A stretch of DNA of 64,000 nucleotides from an uncultured virus (IMG/VR IMGVR_UViG_3300042503_001397) (IMGVR_UViG_3300042503_001397), one strand, 5' to 3'; positions 48,711 to 59,875 are shown, numbered from the stretch's first letter. Program-made: numbers and translations. The notes: generated from the letters alone by a model not told the origin.

Positions 48711-48761
48711 TTTTATTCCTTTTTATTATATTAATAAATATCTAATTCCTTTATTTTCGTA

Positions 48762-51128
48762 TTATGCTGTGAAACTTGCTCCAGTTGGTAAGATGTTGAA
48801 ATCTATTACGATAAATTCCGCTGTCTTAGCCGGTTGTAAGAAAATTTGTCCTGCTAATATGTTTCTATCAATCACATCCGGTGTGTTGTTAGTTTCATCC
48901 ATTACAACTTTGAATGTATAAAGACCTTGTCTTTGTTGTACAGACTCTAAATAAGGATTAACAGTATTTAAGAATCTATTTCTAGTCGTAGATGTATTTT
49001 GTTCGAACACTAAGAAACGAGATGTTGAAGCGATAAACTTCTTAAGAGTGATAAGTAATCTTCTAACATTGATTCTATCTAAAGCAGATGCCTTATCTTG
49101 CAATGTCTTCTGTCCGAATGCTACAATACCTTGTCCAGGGAATGCTGCGATTGGGTTTACTTTGTTCTCATAAAGAGTATCTCTTTCAGCGTGCGTTAAT
49201 CTATTTAATACACTAACTGCTCCAGTGATACCACCTCTATTCAAACCAGCAGGTGCGAACCATTCAGCTGCTAATCTATCATTAGAAGCGAATACAGCCG
49301 GCATCAATACTGATGGTGGAACTGAAGTTAATTTATTTGTGTTACTATCGATTGTTTTAACCCAAGGATAGTAAGTTGCTACATAGTTTGAATCTACTGA
49401 ATTTGCTTGCTCAGTTGCTTCAGTAATTGTATCATCGTAATCGTTGAAATCAGCGATGTAGAAACAATCTTGTCTTTCTTCAACCATATCAATTACTTTA
49501 GAAGTAATAGCCGGATGTAATTGTCTTACAATACCAGGAGTTACTACCATATTGATATCATACTCATCAGGATTAGATACAGCGTTGATTGCTTTTGTAT
49601 ATGCTACTGAACCAGATGATGTTGAAGTTGCGCAATTAAAACCTTGCTGATTTGCATTACCCCAATCAGTATCGCCAGCCTTAGCTATCTTTACAGTTGG
49701 GTTAGTACCATCAAATCCAAATTGGAATCCTAATACAAATTGTCTCTTAACCATATCAGTTGATGCTGAACCAGTCATTACATAATTCAATTGAGAATCA
49801 AATGCGAATGCTACGTTTGCTCCAGATTTAGCTCCAACAGGAATTGGTTTCAAATATTGTTTATTATCCATTGATACACCAGATGTTTCAAAATCAAATC
49901 CACTATAATAAATTGGAGATGATGATGTGTTATTTGCTGAACCAGTTTGATAAGTTACTGCAGGCACCCATCCATCTTCTGTTGTAGAATTTGTTTTGAT
50001 TGGATTTGTATATGCTTCATGTCCAAATGGTGCTGCTGATATTGGATAAGAACCAGGTCCTAAAATATTAGCGTTTGCATCCTGAACTACTACTCTTACA
50101 TATTTTGATTTTGATGTATAATCACCATATTCAGTAATTTTACCATTAGAATCAATTGTGAAATATCTATCACCAATTCTTCTAGCAATATAGTTTGGAG
50201 AAGCAGGGTCTAAGTTTACATTGTTAAATGTTTCAACAACACTCTTTCTCTTATCAGTATCACTATATGAACGAATTGTTACAGTAAATGTTGAATAATC
50301 AGTCGAACCATCTTCACCAGCTGCTTTTACATTAGAAATACCAACTTTAAATTTAGTATTGTATAATGTACCATGTCCAATAGTTTTAAATTGGAATAGG
50401 TTATATCTTTCACCACTAATTAATTGAGATTGAACAATTGGAGTTTCAGCTTCTTGTGCATCACCATAAGTTTGAGTTGGTAATGTTACCTCACTAATTA
50501 CAGTTTTATTAGTACCATTAGCACCAGAACCAGTGTAGGATAATGCAACGTTTTCAAAGAAATTATAAGCGTATGCTGCTTTAGCACCAAATGCAGATTC
50601 ACCAAATACGTCTGCTAAATCATTAGTAGCTGTACTTAATATAGATGCTGATATGTTAGCTGCGCCAGAACCTGAACTAATTAGTCCAGAAATTACGAAA
50701 CTACCCTCGCCTTCTGCACTACTTGTGATATTAGTTGATGCATTTGTAAAACCTACTTTTTCATCACCAAAATTAGTTGAATAAAGTACCCCAACAAATT
50801 TTTGTCCTACTCCATTAGTAGAACCAGATGCTAAGATACCTAAAGGTGCTAATTGTTGATATCCACCAATACCAGCAACTCTTACGATTGTTGCTTGTCC
50901 AGCTTCTCTTAAATAGTTTTGTACTGCATATTCAGTATAATAAGTTCCATCAGGAGTACCGAAGATATCTTCGAACTCTGATTGGGTTCTCACAATTGTA
51001 GGTACGAATGCAGGTCCTTGCTTAAAAGGTCCTATAAATGCTGCTCCGATTTCTCCTACACCTTGTGCTAAGAATGAAAGGTCATTTTCTCTTGTGAAAA
51101 CTCCCGGTGATACGATTCTTTCTGCCAT
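48762..51128 (-). CDS. Tail sheath protein (T4 gp18-like)
   Basis: SPGVFTREND, WFAPAGLNRG, LYENKVNPI, FGQKTLQ, DRINVRRLL. Confidence 0.95.
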   Translation of the reverse strand: MAERIVSPGVFTRENDLSFLAQGVGEIGAAFIGPFKQGPAFVPTIVRTQSEFEDIFGTPDGTYYTEYAVQNYLREAGQATIVRVAGIGGYQQLAPLGILASGSTNGVGQKFVGVLYSTNFGDEKVGFTNASTNITSSAEGEGSFVISGLISSGSGAANISASILSTATNDLADVFGESAFGAKAAYAYNFFENVALSYTGSGANGTNKTVISEVTLPTQTYGDAQEAETPIVQSQLISGERYNLFQFKTIGHGTLYNTKFKVGISNVKAAGEDGSTDYSTFTVTIRSYSDTDKRKSVVETFNNVNLDPASPNYIARRIGDRYFTIDSNGKITEYGDYTSKSKYVRVVVQDANANILGPGSYPISAAPFGHEAYTNPIKTNSTTEDGWVPAVTYQTGSANNTSSSPIYYSGFDFETSGVSMDNKQYLKPIPVGAKSGANVAFAFDSQLNYVMTGSASTDMVKRQFVLGFQFGFDGTNPTVKIAKAGDTDWGNANQQGFNCATSTSSGSVAYTKAINAVSNPDEYDINMVVTPGIVRQLHPAITSKVIDMVEERQDCFYIADFNDYDDTITEATEQANSVDSNYVATYYPWVKTIDSNTNKLTSVPPSVLMPAVFASNDRLAAEWFAPAGLNRGGITGAVSVLNRLTHAERDTLYENKVNPIAAFPGQGIVAFGQKTLQDKASALDRINVRRLLITLKKFIASTSRFLVFEQNTSTTRNRFLNTVNPYLESVQQRQGLYTFKVVMDETNNTPDVIDRNILAGQIFLQPAKTAEFIVIDFNILPTGASFTA

Positions 51129-51273
51129 TTTATTTCTCCAATTTGTATTTTAAGTTTGTAATTAAGAAAATCCTATGTAATTACCTATATAAATATAAAG
51201 AAAATGTTCAAAACACAAATTTGTTTATAAATAAGTGCTTTGAACATATTACAATAAAAATCTTTAAATATTA

Positions 51274-51675
51274 TTAAGTTGTTGGTGCAACCTCTGGTGG
51301 AGTTGGTGTAGCACTGCCAGATGTTGGTGACCAAGGTAAATCAATTTCATTTACATCTATTGTTGCAAATTTTACAGTATCAATTTGTTTTTGTATTTGT
51401 TGATTTATATGAGTCATATAGTTTGATGGAGATGAACCACTTACATGGTTTTGTATCCAACCCAATACTAATTCTTCTGTCAAATCTCTATAATCTACAA
51501 AACCATCACCGTTAAGGTCTTGTATTTGAAAAGGAGTTGCTCCATTGAATATACCACTATTACCATCTTCATCGGTACCTGTTAATCTCCAATTAGTACC
51601 AACAATTACATCAGATAAATTTTCTGTGTTTTGCTTTTTAAGTCCTATTAATTTCCATTCGTATGTTAATGCCAT
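51274..51675 (-). CDS. Hypothetical protein, tail-fibre associated
   Basis: YEWK...W...G.D.DG...FV.Y.DLTEELVLGW...LPW, a type often found after phage fibre genes. Confidence 0.6.
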   Translation of the reverse strand: MALTYEWKLIGLKKQNTENLSDVIVGTNWRLTGTDEDGNSGIFNGATPFQIQDLNGDGFVDYRDLTEELVLGWIQNHVSGSSPSNYMTHINQQIQKQIDTVKFATIDVNEIDLPWSPTSGSATPTPPEVAPTT

Positions 51676-51710
51676 AATTTTTTATTTTATATTATATAAA
51701 TATATTGATT

Positions 51711-52142
51711 TTAAACTTCCAATGAACCACTATAATAATCGGTAGTTAATAAATGTCTATATGCTTGTGCCATATGGTCCAATGGTGATGATTGGTCTAT
51801 AAAAAATACGCACTTATGGTCCATACCAGCAGTACCAATACTAACACCATGTTTATTATCAGATGGGTTAGTTCCTATAAATCCAATTGGGTTTGCATTG
51901 GCATCCCTTGCAGCTTTATTTACCCAAATAGTTACTGCCACTTCTCCAGTATATCCAGCAGACCAATATACTTCCGTACCTGCGCTTCTATTCATTGGCG
52001 TTAAACCATCGGGTCTAGATAGGTCAACAGGTGGCTTGAAATCTGCCATTCTTTTTTCAACTTTTATATTTGTAACAACGTGATATGCATTTGGTACAGT
52101 CAATCCAGTTCCTGGTAATTCGTAATCTCTAATTAGTGCCAT
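51711..52142 (-). CDS. Hypothetical protein, tail-fibre associated
   Basis: 143 aa, coupled to the fibre gene. Confidence 0.6.
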   Translation of the reverse strand: MALIRDYELPGTGLTVPNAYHVVTNIKVEKRMADFKPPVDLSRPDGLTPMNRSAGTEVYWSAGYTGEVAVTIWVNKAARDANANPIGFIGTNPSDNKHGVSIGTAGMDHKCVFFIDQSSPLDHMAQAYRHLLTTDYYSGSLEV

Positions 52143-52146
52143 ATTA

Positions 52147-55100
52147 TTATCCTTTAATATTAAGTATTAAATTATTTAAAATTTCTTTCAATTCTTTAAT
52201 TTCAGCTGATTGTTTTTTTATAATTTCATTTTGTTCTTTTATTGCTTCAATAAATAAACCAGCAAAATTACCATATGAAACACCATACTCATCCACATCA
52301 GCTGCGTATGTTACTACCTCAGGTAATATTTTTTCTACTTCTTGTGCAATTACCCCTATATTTCTTTTTTTGGTTTCATCATTAATTCTACTATAAAATA
52401 CACCTCTCATTTGTGATACTTTATCTAAAGCATTATCAACAGTTATAATATTTTCTTTTGCTCGTCTATCAGAATAAGCTACTATATTACCTTCAGAATA
52501 AATACCTTTAGCTACATATATACCATATGCTCCAGATGTTGAAGATGTACAAAATCCCGTACAGTTATTTCCCAATGAATGATACCATACCCATCTTCCA
52601 GCGTCTTGTAAATAACAACCACCATTACCACTCTCCCACATATAGTGAGGTAAATATGCTGAATCGATTACGTGTCCATACCATCCATTTCTATTACCAT
52701 TCATTCTCCAAGCACCATATGTGATGTTGTTTGGATACCAGTGAGCTCCGTTTTGACTGGCGTAATATCCAGTATCATTTGTCCACATCCACTTATACTT
52801 AAATGAATAGTTTGATGAACCTGCCAATTGGATACACAAATCACTCATATCGTAATCAGAATAAACTCTAGTTCCTTCATAAGAACCAGCATTTCCTCCC
52901 AATTTAATACCAGTATGGTATGCAATTCTTAAATCCGGATAAGGATAACCCCATCCACCACCTTCTTGGAAGATAGAGTATGCATTTGTACCTTGTCCAG
53001 AGTTACCACCCGTACCAATAAAATCAATACGAGCTGCTCTCATATAGTTATTGAATTCACCAGAACTCATTTGAGAATATCCAGTAGGGTCAGTATAATA
53101 TCCTGTATTGTTTTGGTCATAGAATATAGGTGCTCTAGAACTACCATTTGAATATGAGTTACCACCCCTATCTATATAGAAATCAGTAGTACCCCAACTT
53201 TGGTTTCTATGGCCGTGGTCGTGGTTGATTCTAAAATAAGAATCATCTGCATATCCATATCCACAAGACCATGTATTACTATTAAATCCGCTTGAGAATA
53301 AGATAGAAGGTCTATCACCTCCAGGTCCACCATTTACTCTAAATTCACCAACAATACCCCAAGAGTTATCACCCTGGTTGTTTGCTGCCATAAATGCTCT
53401 ACTATTAGGACCTGTTCCAAGTTTTACAACTTCTAATACTAAACCAGTGTTTGTAAAATAACTATATCCATTAGGGTCTACATATCGAGATGTGTCATTG
53501 GCATCGTACATAATTGTAGAATATAGTGAACCAACACCAACTTCATTCAATCCGTACATTGCTAACTTATACCAAGCACGCTTTGAACTCCAATAAGATG
53601 TCCACCATGCACCTTCAATAGGTCCACCAACTAATTGCCACCCATATCCACTATTATATGAACTTACATAGTGAAGTGCCTGAACTCCAGTCCAGTGAGA
53701 TGTACCAGCGGGTTGGTTAGCTGGGTTACTCCACGTATCAAAGAATCCACTACCCCAAGTAAATACTGAAATAAGGTCAGTTGTACCCCAACCCATTGAA
53801 CCTACCCAATAGTTAGAATCCCCAGTATAATCATTTCTACGGAAGTTACCTTTTGCAGTCTGTCCAATTCTCATTTTACCATAATCGGTCAAACCTTGCC
53901 AGTTAGTATTTCCGTTACCATCAAAATAGTAACCAGTATCTCTATCGTAATAGATTGGTGCGTTCATTTGGTCTCTTGCCCAAATTCTAGAAGAAATTGC
54001 TGCGAATGTAGTACCATAGTTCATTACCAATAATCCGTGGTCATTTAAGAATCCAGCTTGTCCTCCAGCGTTTGGATGTGACCAAGCTAAACCATATAAA
54101 GAACCAGGAGATGAACCATCAATTGCTAATTTATATGAATCACCCATTGCGAATACACCCTGATATCTAGTAGATGTATAAACACCTACAACAGATTGTC
54201 CGTAGTTGTAATCTAAGTAAAGGTTATTGTTTGTACCAATTCTAACTGCCGAATTAAATCTAACAGAAGATGTACTATCTGCATTAAATCCTAATAATGT
54301 GTTTCCTGCTGAGTTATTTGATGAATAGAATCCACCTGCTTCGTAAGCGTAATAAGAGCCATCAACTAATGTATATCCTTGTCCACCTTTATATAGGATT
54401 ACAAATTCAGAACCCCCAGACATAGCATGTCCCCAAGCTCTAGTAAATCCATAAGATGCTAAATCACCTAACCAACCACCACTATTATACCAAACTTGTG
54501 CGCCACCAATGGTCATATTAACGGCGTTAATACCACTATTTGTAAATGTTGCCGATGTTACACCATTACTACTTTGAACTCTAAATCCAGTTCCAAAATA
54601 GTATCTCATTTCTTCCCAATCATCATCCGCATTCCATATAAAGTGATTGGTATCTCCGTTAGTTCTTAGATATAATCTTTGGTCATTTAAACCATAAGAA
54701 CCAGTCATATTTATACCACCACTAATAGGAATTGCGTATCCAGAATAGTTTCCAGCATGCAACATTGCTCTCCACCCACTTTGCCAGTTCGTAGTACCAT
54801 ACCATCCGTATCTATGAAGAATTTCACCCTGATAGAAATAGTATTGGTCATGTTGATGCCCACCTAATCCATAATATTCAATTAATGTACCATAAGATGA
54901 AGGTGCTCCACTTTGAGTGTAACTATCCCACATTCTAAAGGACATTGATTGAGTACCACTACCAGTACCATGAGCTCCCCAACTATAATCCCATTCTCTA
55001 TAAGGGAATGTTACTTGGTTTACTACTATTCTATTACTATTCCATAAATAAGTTGTATCATCCGAAACATAATATAGTGGTGAACGTAAATTACCATTTA

Positions 55101-58100
55101 CCGAATCAGGCGTTACATATACTTCCTGATTTACCATTCTTAATGTAGTAAAATTCGATGCACCTTCAGTACCAGTATTTAAATTGATTCTTTTTGATGA
55201 ACCTCTATTTGATATATTAATTGCCCCAGCTCCATCTAAATTCATAGATAATCCATCAGTAGAATATGCTGCATAAGAACCAAAAGATTGTGTTCTACCA
55301 CCCATACCAAACCAAACTCTTTGAGTACTATTATCATCATACATTCCCAATAACATATATCCAGATGCAGATGTATTATGCCATCTCATAAACGGAGCGC
55401 CACTACTATTGAATCTTGCTAAACCATTTACAATTAAACCGGCATTGTTTACATTCAAATTACCAGTATCTAATGTTAAATAATTTGTTCCATTAATACT
55501 CCAATAATGAGCGTTGTTATTAGCATCAATTTGATATGTTGTATATGCTCCAGAGTTTGATGGTCTAGTTTGGAATCTCATTTTTGCACGGCTGGTGCCA
55601 TTATCAACAGTCTCAATATAAAGACCGCCACTATCCATATCACTATAAGTGTAATATGAGTTACCACCAGAAGACCATCTTAAATTACCAACGGCTTGTA
55701 TAGTAGCTTGAGGAGTACCAGTACTTCCAGCTATTAAACTATTTGTTACTTTAACGTTTGCATCACTAGTACCAACTGATAAAATAACTGCATCTAAATC
55801 TTCATTATTATAGAAACGAACTCCACCATATCCAGGTTGTGCACCCATACGAATACCAGTGTGCCATCTTAAATCTAATTTGGTATATGAACCTCCAAAA
55901 TTTTCTATATTAGTACCAATGTAGTAATTACTATTTGCATCACTATCACCACCACCAAAATGTAATCTAGTAGAACCTACTGAACTATATGCCTGATTAC
56001 TAAAGTTACCACCAATTACAGCTCTACCTGTTACTGTTAAATCATTAAAAGTAGGAGAATCGGTTGTACGAACATACTGATTCATATAATATGCATATGG
56101 AGAATTGAAATCAGTAAGAACTAATCTACCACTTCCCCAATTTGCCGAATCAAATGCTTGTTTTGCGAAGAAAACATTTTCTGAGTATTTGTCACTTACA
56201 ATAGCGAAACTACTCTTAACATCACCACCACTATATGTACTTGTCCATAACACATCACTCCAAGGACCACTAAATCCTAAATTACCACTGGATAACATTG
56301 CTACCTTAAACTTACCAGCTCCAAATATAGCGTTGTTTGGTTTTTCACTACCACCACTCACATAATAACCACCTAAATAGTTATCTGCTCTTGTATATTG
56401 TCTTTGGTCATAATAAGTACCTTCTTGCCCATCCAATAAATCTGAATTGAGGCTTGATACTAATGTAGTTGATGAAACTACCAATGGAGATGTACCAGTT
56501 GCAACTCCTAATGTTAGTCTATTATGTGTTACGTTATCAGTTGTTCTAACCGGTTGGTTTAAATAATCTGAGAATTGGTAACCATCCCATAAATCCGCAT
56601 CCAATCCAGTACCAGTTCCATCATTTGCACTATGCCAAATTGTTCCAGCAATATGTCCTTGATTTGCAGTTGTCATAGTTACCCATCCAACCGATGACCA
56701 AGATGTATTATCCGTTCTATTTCTTATTTTGAATCCTCTAACAGGAGTATTATATTCAAACTCCATTTGAACTGTTCCAGTAGAACCACCCATATTAGTA
56801 GACCACAATCCAGAACTATATCCTGTATAACTTAAGGTTCTAAATCCATTATCAACATAAGTATCAATACTAGTACCAGTACCTCCACTTAAATTTCTAA
56901 AGAATGATGAATTTTGTTGTCCACCTAAATAATCAGAGTTTAAGTTACTAACTAAAGTTGTAGATGATACTGCTAATGGTGATGTACCAGTTGCTACAGT
57001 TGATGTTATTCTATTGAATGATGGTGAATCAGTTGTACGAACATTTTGGTTCATTAAATGAACTTCAGTTGCTCCTTGTCCACTATCAACAGTTCCACTA
57101 AGAACTACATTACCTGCTACATAAAGACCATCTTCGGCATACCATCTATCATTTGCTTCTTCCCAATAAAATGCTTTCGTTGCTGCATTACCTCTCTTAA
57201 CTTCTATACCTGCATTTTCAGTTGGTGCAGTTGATGCTCCAATATCTGCGTTAAGTGTAAGGATATTATCACCTACGTTAAGAGTTGTTGTATTAATATA
57301 TGTTGTTGTACCACTTACAGTAAGGTCACCACTAATTGTAGCGTTACCAGTTACTGCTAATGTAGTACCATCGAATCTTAAATTTGCTTCAACAGTTCCG
57401 TTAGGAGCTGAACCATTTAGTGTGATTACACCATTATCAGTTGTACCAGTTAATGCTAATAATCCAGATGTACCAGATGTACCACGCGTACCTGATGTTC
57501 CACTACTTCCAGAAGTTCCAGAAGAACCAGAAGTACCACTACTTCCAGAAGTTCCAGAAGAACCAGAAGTACCACTACTACCGCTTGTACCAGCAGAACC
57601 ACTTACTCCAGAAGTTCCCGATGAGCCACTTGTACCAGAAGTTCCTGAAGTACCTCTACTACCACTTGTACCAGAAGTTCCAGCCGAACCACTTGTACCA
57701 GAAGTTCCTGAAGTTCCAGCCGAACCACTCACCCCACTACTACCACTAGTCCCACTACTACCACTTATACCAGAAGTTCCTGAAGTGCCTCTACTACCAC
57801 TTGTACCAGAAGTTCCTGCTGAACCAGAAGAACCTTGTGCTCCAGAAGTTCCAGATGTTCCTGCTGAACCAGAAGAACCTTGTGCTCCAGAAGTTCCAGA
57901 TGTTCCCGATGTACCTGCCGAACCTGAAATTCCAGATGTACCAGAAGTTCCTGATGTTCCTGCTGAACCCGATGAACCTTGTGCTCCAGAAGTTCCTGAT
58001 GTTCCTGATGTTCCTGCTGAACCCGATGAACCTTGTGCTCCAGAAGTTCCTGATGTACCTCTACTTCCACTTGTTCCCGAAGTTCCTGAAGTTCCCGATG

Positions 58101-59514
58101 AACCCCCACTACCACTTATTCCAGAAGTTCCAGATGAACCAGAAGTTCCTGATGAACCAGAAGTTCCTGATGTACCTCTACTTCCACTTGTTCCCGAAGT
58201 TCCCGATGAACCACTTCCTCCACCGGCTCCAGTTATACCTGAAGTTCCCGATGAACCTCCACTACCAGCCGTTCCATTCGTTCCACTTGTACCGCTTGTC
58301 CCACTACTACCAGAAGTTCCTGATGTTCCATTTGAACCGCCACCACCAGTTATACCACCACTTCCTGCAGTTCCAGAAGTTCCCGAAGTACCACTACTAC
58401 CACTTCTTCCAGAGGTTCCCGATGTACCAGCTGTACCAGTTGTACCACCCGTACCATTTGTACCACTTATTCCCGATGAACCACTCGTACCGCTTGTTCC
58501 ACTACTACCACTTAGTCCAGATGTACCGCTTGTACCAGAAGTTCCTGATGTTCCAGAAGTTCCTGATGTTCCAGAAGTTCCTGCCGAACCCGTTGTACCA
58601 CTACTACCTGTTGAGCCTGATGTTCCAGAAGTTCCCGATGTACCACTTGTACCACTACTACCGCTTGTACCAGAAGTTCCTGATGTTCCAGAAGTTCCTG
58701 ATGTTCCAGAAGTTCCTGATGTGCCAGCCGAACCAGTTGAACCAGAAGTTCCTGATGTTCCAGAAGTTCCTGATGTTCCAGAAGTTCCAGACGAACCCTG
58801 AGAACCAGAAGTTCCTGATGAACCCGATGTACCAGATGAACCAGATGTTCCTGATGTTCCCGATGTTCCAGAAGTACCAGATGTTCCTGATGTTGCTGCT
58901 GCTGTTTTTACACCAACCCTACCAGTTGTTGTATTATAAACTAAAACTTCATTTGTACTACCATCTTGCGGTAAAGAGCCAACACCAAATGTTAATGAAC
59001 CAGTAATACCAACACTTCCAGTAAATTCTTGCTTATCAGTTTGAGCATCACCAAATTTTGATGAACCACTTGCGTATATTATTGATGATGAAATGTAAGT
59101 TACTTTTAATTCAGTTGCATTTATTGTACCAGCTACTGTTAAATCAGTATTAACTACTAAACCTTTATTTGGAGAAATTATTGCCGTTGCTGAACCTGAT
59201 TTTAATCTATCCAAATCACCAATTGATGTAGCTGATATATTAAACAATCCACTACCATCTCCTCTAAACAAAGATGCTGATATTGATGATGAAATATTAA
59301 AAGAGCCACTAATTTGGGTATTTGCTTTTATTTGAAGTGGTGATGTACCAATTACTCCAATTACATTTGTTTGTACTGCAGAAGAACTAAAATTTCCTAC
59401 AATATTAACAGATTCAGATGAGGCATTTAAAATAGGAGAACCACTTACAAAAAGTGATACACTATTTACACTAGTCTGATTTAAACCATTTGGATTATTA
59501 CCGTTAAACGCCAT
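52147..59514 (-). CDS. Long tail fibre (2455 aa) with GTS repeat shaft and C-terminal peptidase S74 intramolecular chaperone
   Basis: AYSDRRAKENI...ALDKV..MRGV...IGVIAQEVEKILPEVV...VSYGNFAGLFIEAIKE plus terminal coiled coil. Confidence 0.9.
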   Translation of the reverse strand: MAFNGNNPNGLNQTSVNSVSLFVSGSPILNASSESVNIVGNFSSSAVQTNVIGVIGTSPLQIKANTQISGSFNISSSISASLFRGDGSGLFNISATSIGDLDRLKSGSATAIISPNKGLVVNTDLTVAGTINATELKVTYISSSIIYASGSSKFGDAQTDKQEFTGSVGITGSLTFGVGSLPQDGSTNEVLVYNTTTGRVGVKTAAATSGTSGTSGTSGTSGTSGSSGTSGSSGTSGSQGSSGTSGTSGTSGTSGTSGSTGSAGTSGTSGTSGTSGTSGTSGTSGSSGTSGTSGTSGTSGSTGSSGTTGSAGTSGTSGTSGTSGTSGTSGTSGLSGSSGTSGTSGSSGISGTNGTGGTTGTAGTSGTSGRSGSSGTSGTSGTAGSGGITGGGGSNGTSGTSGSSGTSGTSGTNGTAGSGGSSGTSGITGAGGGSGSSGTSGTSGSRGTSGTSGSSGTSGSSGTSGISGSGGSSGTSGTSGTSGSRGTSGTSGAQGSSGSAGTSGTSGTSGAQGSSGSAGTSGTSGTSGISGSAGTSGTSGTSGAQGSSGSAGTSGTSGAQGSSGSAGTSGTSGSRGTSGTSGISGSSGTSGSSGVSGSAGTSGTSGTSGSAGTSGTSGSRGTSGTSGTSGSSGTSGVSGSAGTSGSSGTSGSSGTSGSSGTSGSSGTSGSSGTSGTRGTSGTSGLLALTGTTDNGVITLNGSAPNGTVEANLRFDGTTLAVTGNATISGDLTVSGTTTYINTTTLNVGDNILTLNADIGASTAPTENAGIEVKRGNAATKAFYWEEANDRWYAEDGLYVAGNVVLSGTVDSGQGATEVHLMNQNVRTTDSPSFNRITSTVATGTSPLAVSSTTLVSNLNSDYLGGQQNSSFFRNLSGGTGTSIDTYVDNGFRTLSYTGYSSGLWSTNMGGSTGTVQMEFEYNTPVRGFKIRNRTDNTSWSSVGWVTMTTANQGHIAGTIWHSANDGTGTGLDADLWDGYQFSDYLNQPVRTTDNVTHNRLTLGVATGTSPLVVSSTTLVSSLNSDLLDGQEGTYYDQRQYTRADNYLGGYYVSGGSEKPNNAIFGAGKFKVAMLSSGNLGFSGPWSDVLWTSTYSGGDVKSSFAIVSDKYSENVFFAKQAFDSANWGSGRLVLTDFNSPYAYYMNQYVRTTDSPTFNDLTVTGRAVIGGNFSNQAYSSVGSTRLHFGGGDSDANSNYYIGTNIENFGGSYTKLDLRWHTGIRMGAQPGYGGVRFYNNEDLDAVILSVGTSDANVKVTNSLIAGSTGTPQATIQAVGNLRWSSGGNSYYTYSDMDSGGLYIETVDNGTSRAKMRFQTRPSNSGAYTTYQIDANNNAHYWSINGTNYLTLDTGNLNVNNAGLIVNGLARFNSSGAPFMRWHNTSASGYMLLGMYDDNSTQRVWFGMGGRTQSFGSYAAYSTDGLSMNLDGAGAINISNRGSSKRINLNTGTEGASNFTTLRMVNQEVYVTPDSVNGNLRSPLYYVSDDTTYLWNSNRIVVNQVTFPYREWDYSWGAHGTGSGTQSMSFRMWDSYTQSGAPSSYGTLIEYYGLGGHQHDQYYFYQGEILHRYGWYGTTNWQSGWRAMLHAGNYSGYAIPISGGINMTGSYGLNDQRLYLRTNGDTNHFIWNADDDWEEMRYYFGTGFRVQSSNGVTSATFTNSGINAVNMTIGGAQVWYNSGGWLGDLASYGFTRAWGHAMSGGSEFVILYKGGQGYTLVDGSYYAYEAGGFYSSNNSAGNTLLGFNADSTSSVRFNSAVRIGTNNNLYLDYNYGQSVVGVYTSTRYQGVFAMGDSYKLAIDGSSPGSLYGLAWSHPNAGGQAGFLNDHGLLVMNYGTTFAAISSRIWARDQMNAPIYYDRDTGYYFDGNGNTNWQGLTDYGKMRIGQTAKGNFRRNDYTGDSNYWVGSMGWGTTDLISVFTWGSGFFDTWSNPANQPAGTSHWTGVQALHYVSSYNSGYGWQLVGGPIEGAWWTSYWSSKRAWYKLAMYGLNEVGVGSLYSTIMYDANDTSRYVDPNGYSYFTNTGLVLEVVKLGTGPNSRAFMAANNQGDNSWGIVGEFRVNGGPGGDRPSILFSSGFNSNTWSCGYGYADDSYFRINHDHGHRNQSWGTTDFYIDRGGNSYSNGSSRAPIFYDQNNTGYYTDPTGYSQMSSGEFNNYMRAARIDFIGTGGNSGQGTNAYSIFQEGGGWGYPYPDLRIAYHTGIKLGGNAGSYEGTRVYSDYDMSDLCIQLAGSSNYSFKYKWMWTNDTGYYASQNGAHWYPNNITYGAWRMNGNRNGWYGHVIDSAYLPHYMWESGNGGCYLQDAGRWVWYHSLGNNCTGFCTSSTSGAYGIYVAKGIYSEGNIVAYSDRRAKENIITVDNALDKVSQMRGVFYSRINDETKKRNIGVIAQEVEKILPEVVTYAADVDEYGVSYGNFAGLFIEAIKEQNEIIKKQSAEIKELKEILNNLILNIKG
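57465..58890 (-). repeat. Coding GTS/GSS triplet repeat tract (about 475 aa)
   Basis: Near-continuous G-X-Y with X and Y mostly T/S; degenerate 9-bp DNA repeats. Confidence 0.95.
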
Positions 59515-59530
59515 TTAATATATCTTTTTA

Positions 59531-59863
59531 TTATGTCAATTCTAATACTGAAACAATTACATCTGCCGAAGCTGCTAACGATGATGTAACTGAAATAAAG
59601 TCTGTTGCTTCTAATACAACTTTTTGGTCTCCACCTACCATAACATTTGAACTACCTTGTACAATTAAAGCATTCTTTACCAAAAATACGCATTTGTTTC
59701 CACCATTATCTCTAAGCATTACACTTACAGAAATATTTTGAGTTGATGTATTTGCTACATTGACACCAATTACAGTTGCTGCTGTTCCTGCCGGAGCTTC
59801 ATATACTTTTACGCCTGTTATTCCGATTGAACTTGTTATACTATTTTTAAATGTATTTGCCAT
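59531..59863 (-). CDS. Small putative virion structural protein
   Basis: MANTFK...GGDQKVVLE..D.I.V...VSVLE, beta-rich, in the fibre operon. Confidence 0.6.
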   Translation of the reverse strand: MANTFKNSITSSIGITGVKVYEAPAGTAATVIGVNVANTSTQNISVSVMLRDNGGNKCVFLVKNALIVQGSSNVMVGGDQKVVLEATDFISVTSSLAASADVIVSVLELT

Positions 59864-59875
59864 TTTGTTTTATTT

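Noticed and set aside
57422..59006. Long plus-strand ORFs (459 aa PEVP-rich, 401 aa QKFLM-rich) and the similar ones at 3493-4403 and 62278-63225
   Set aside because: They are antisense shadows of the GTS repeats, whose codons give few stops in other frames.
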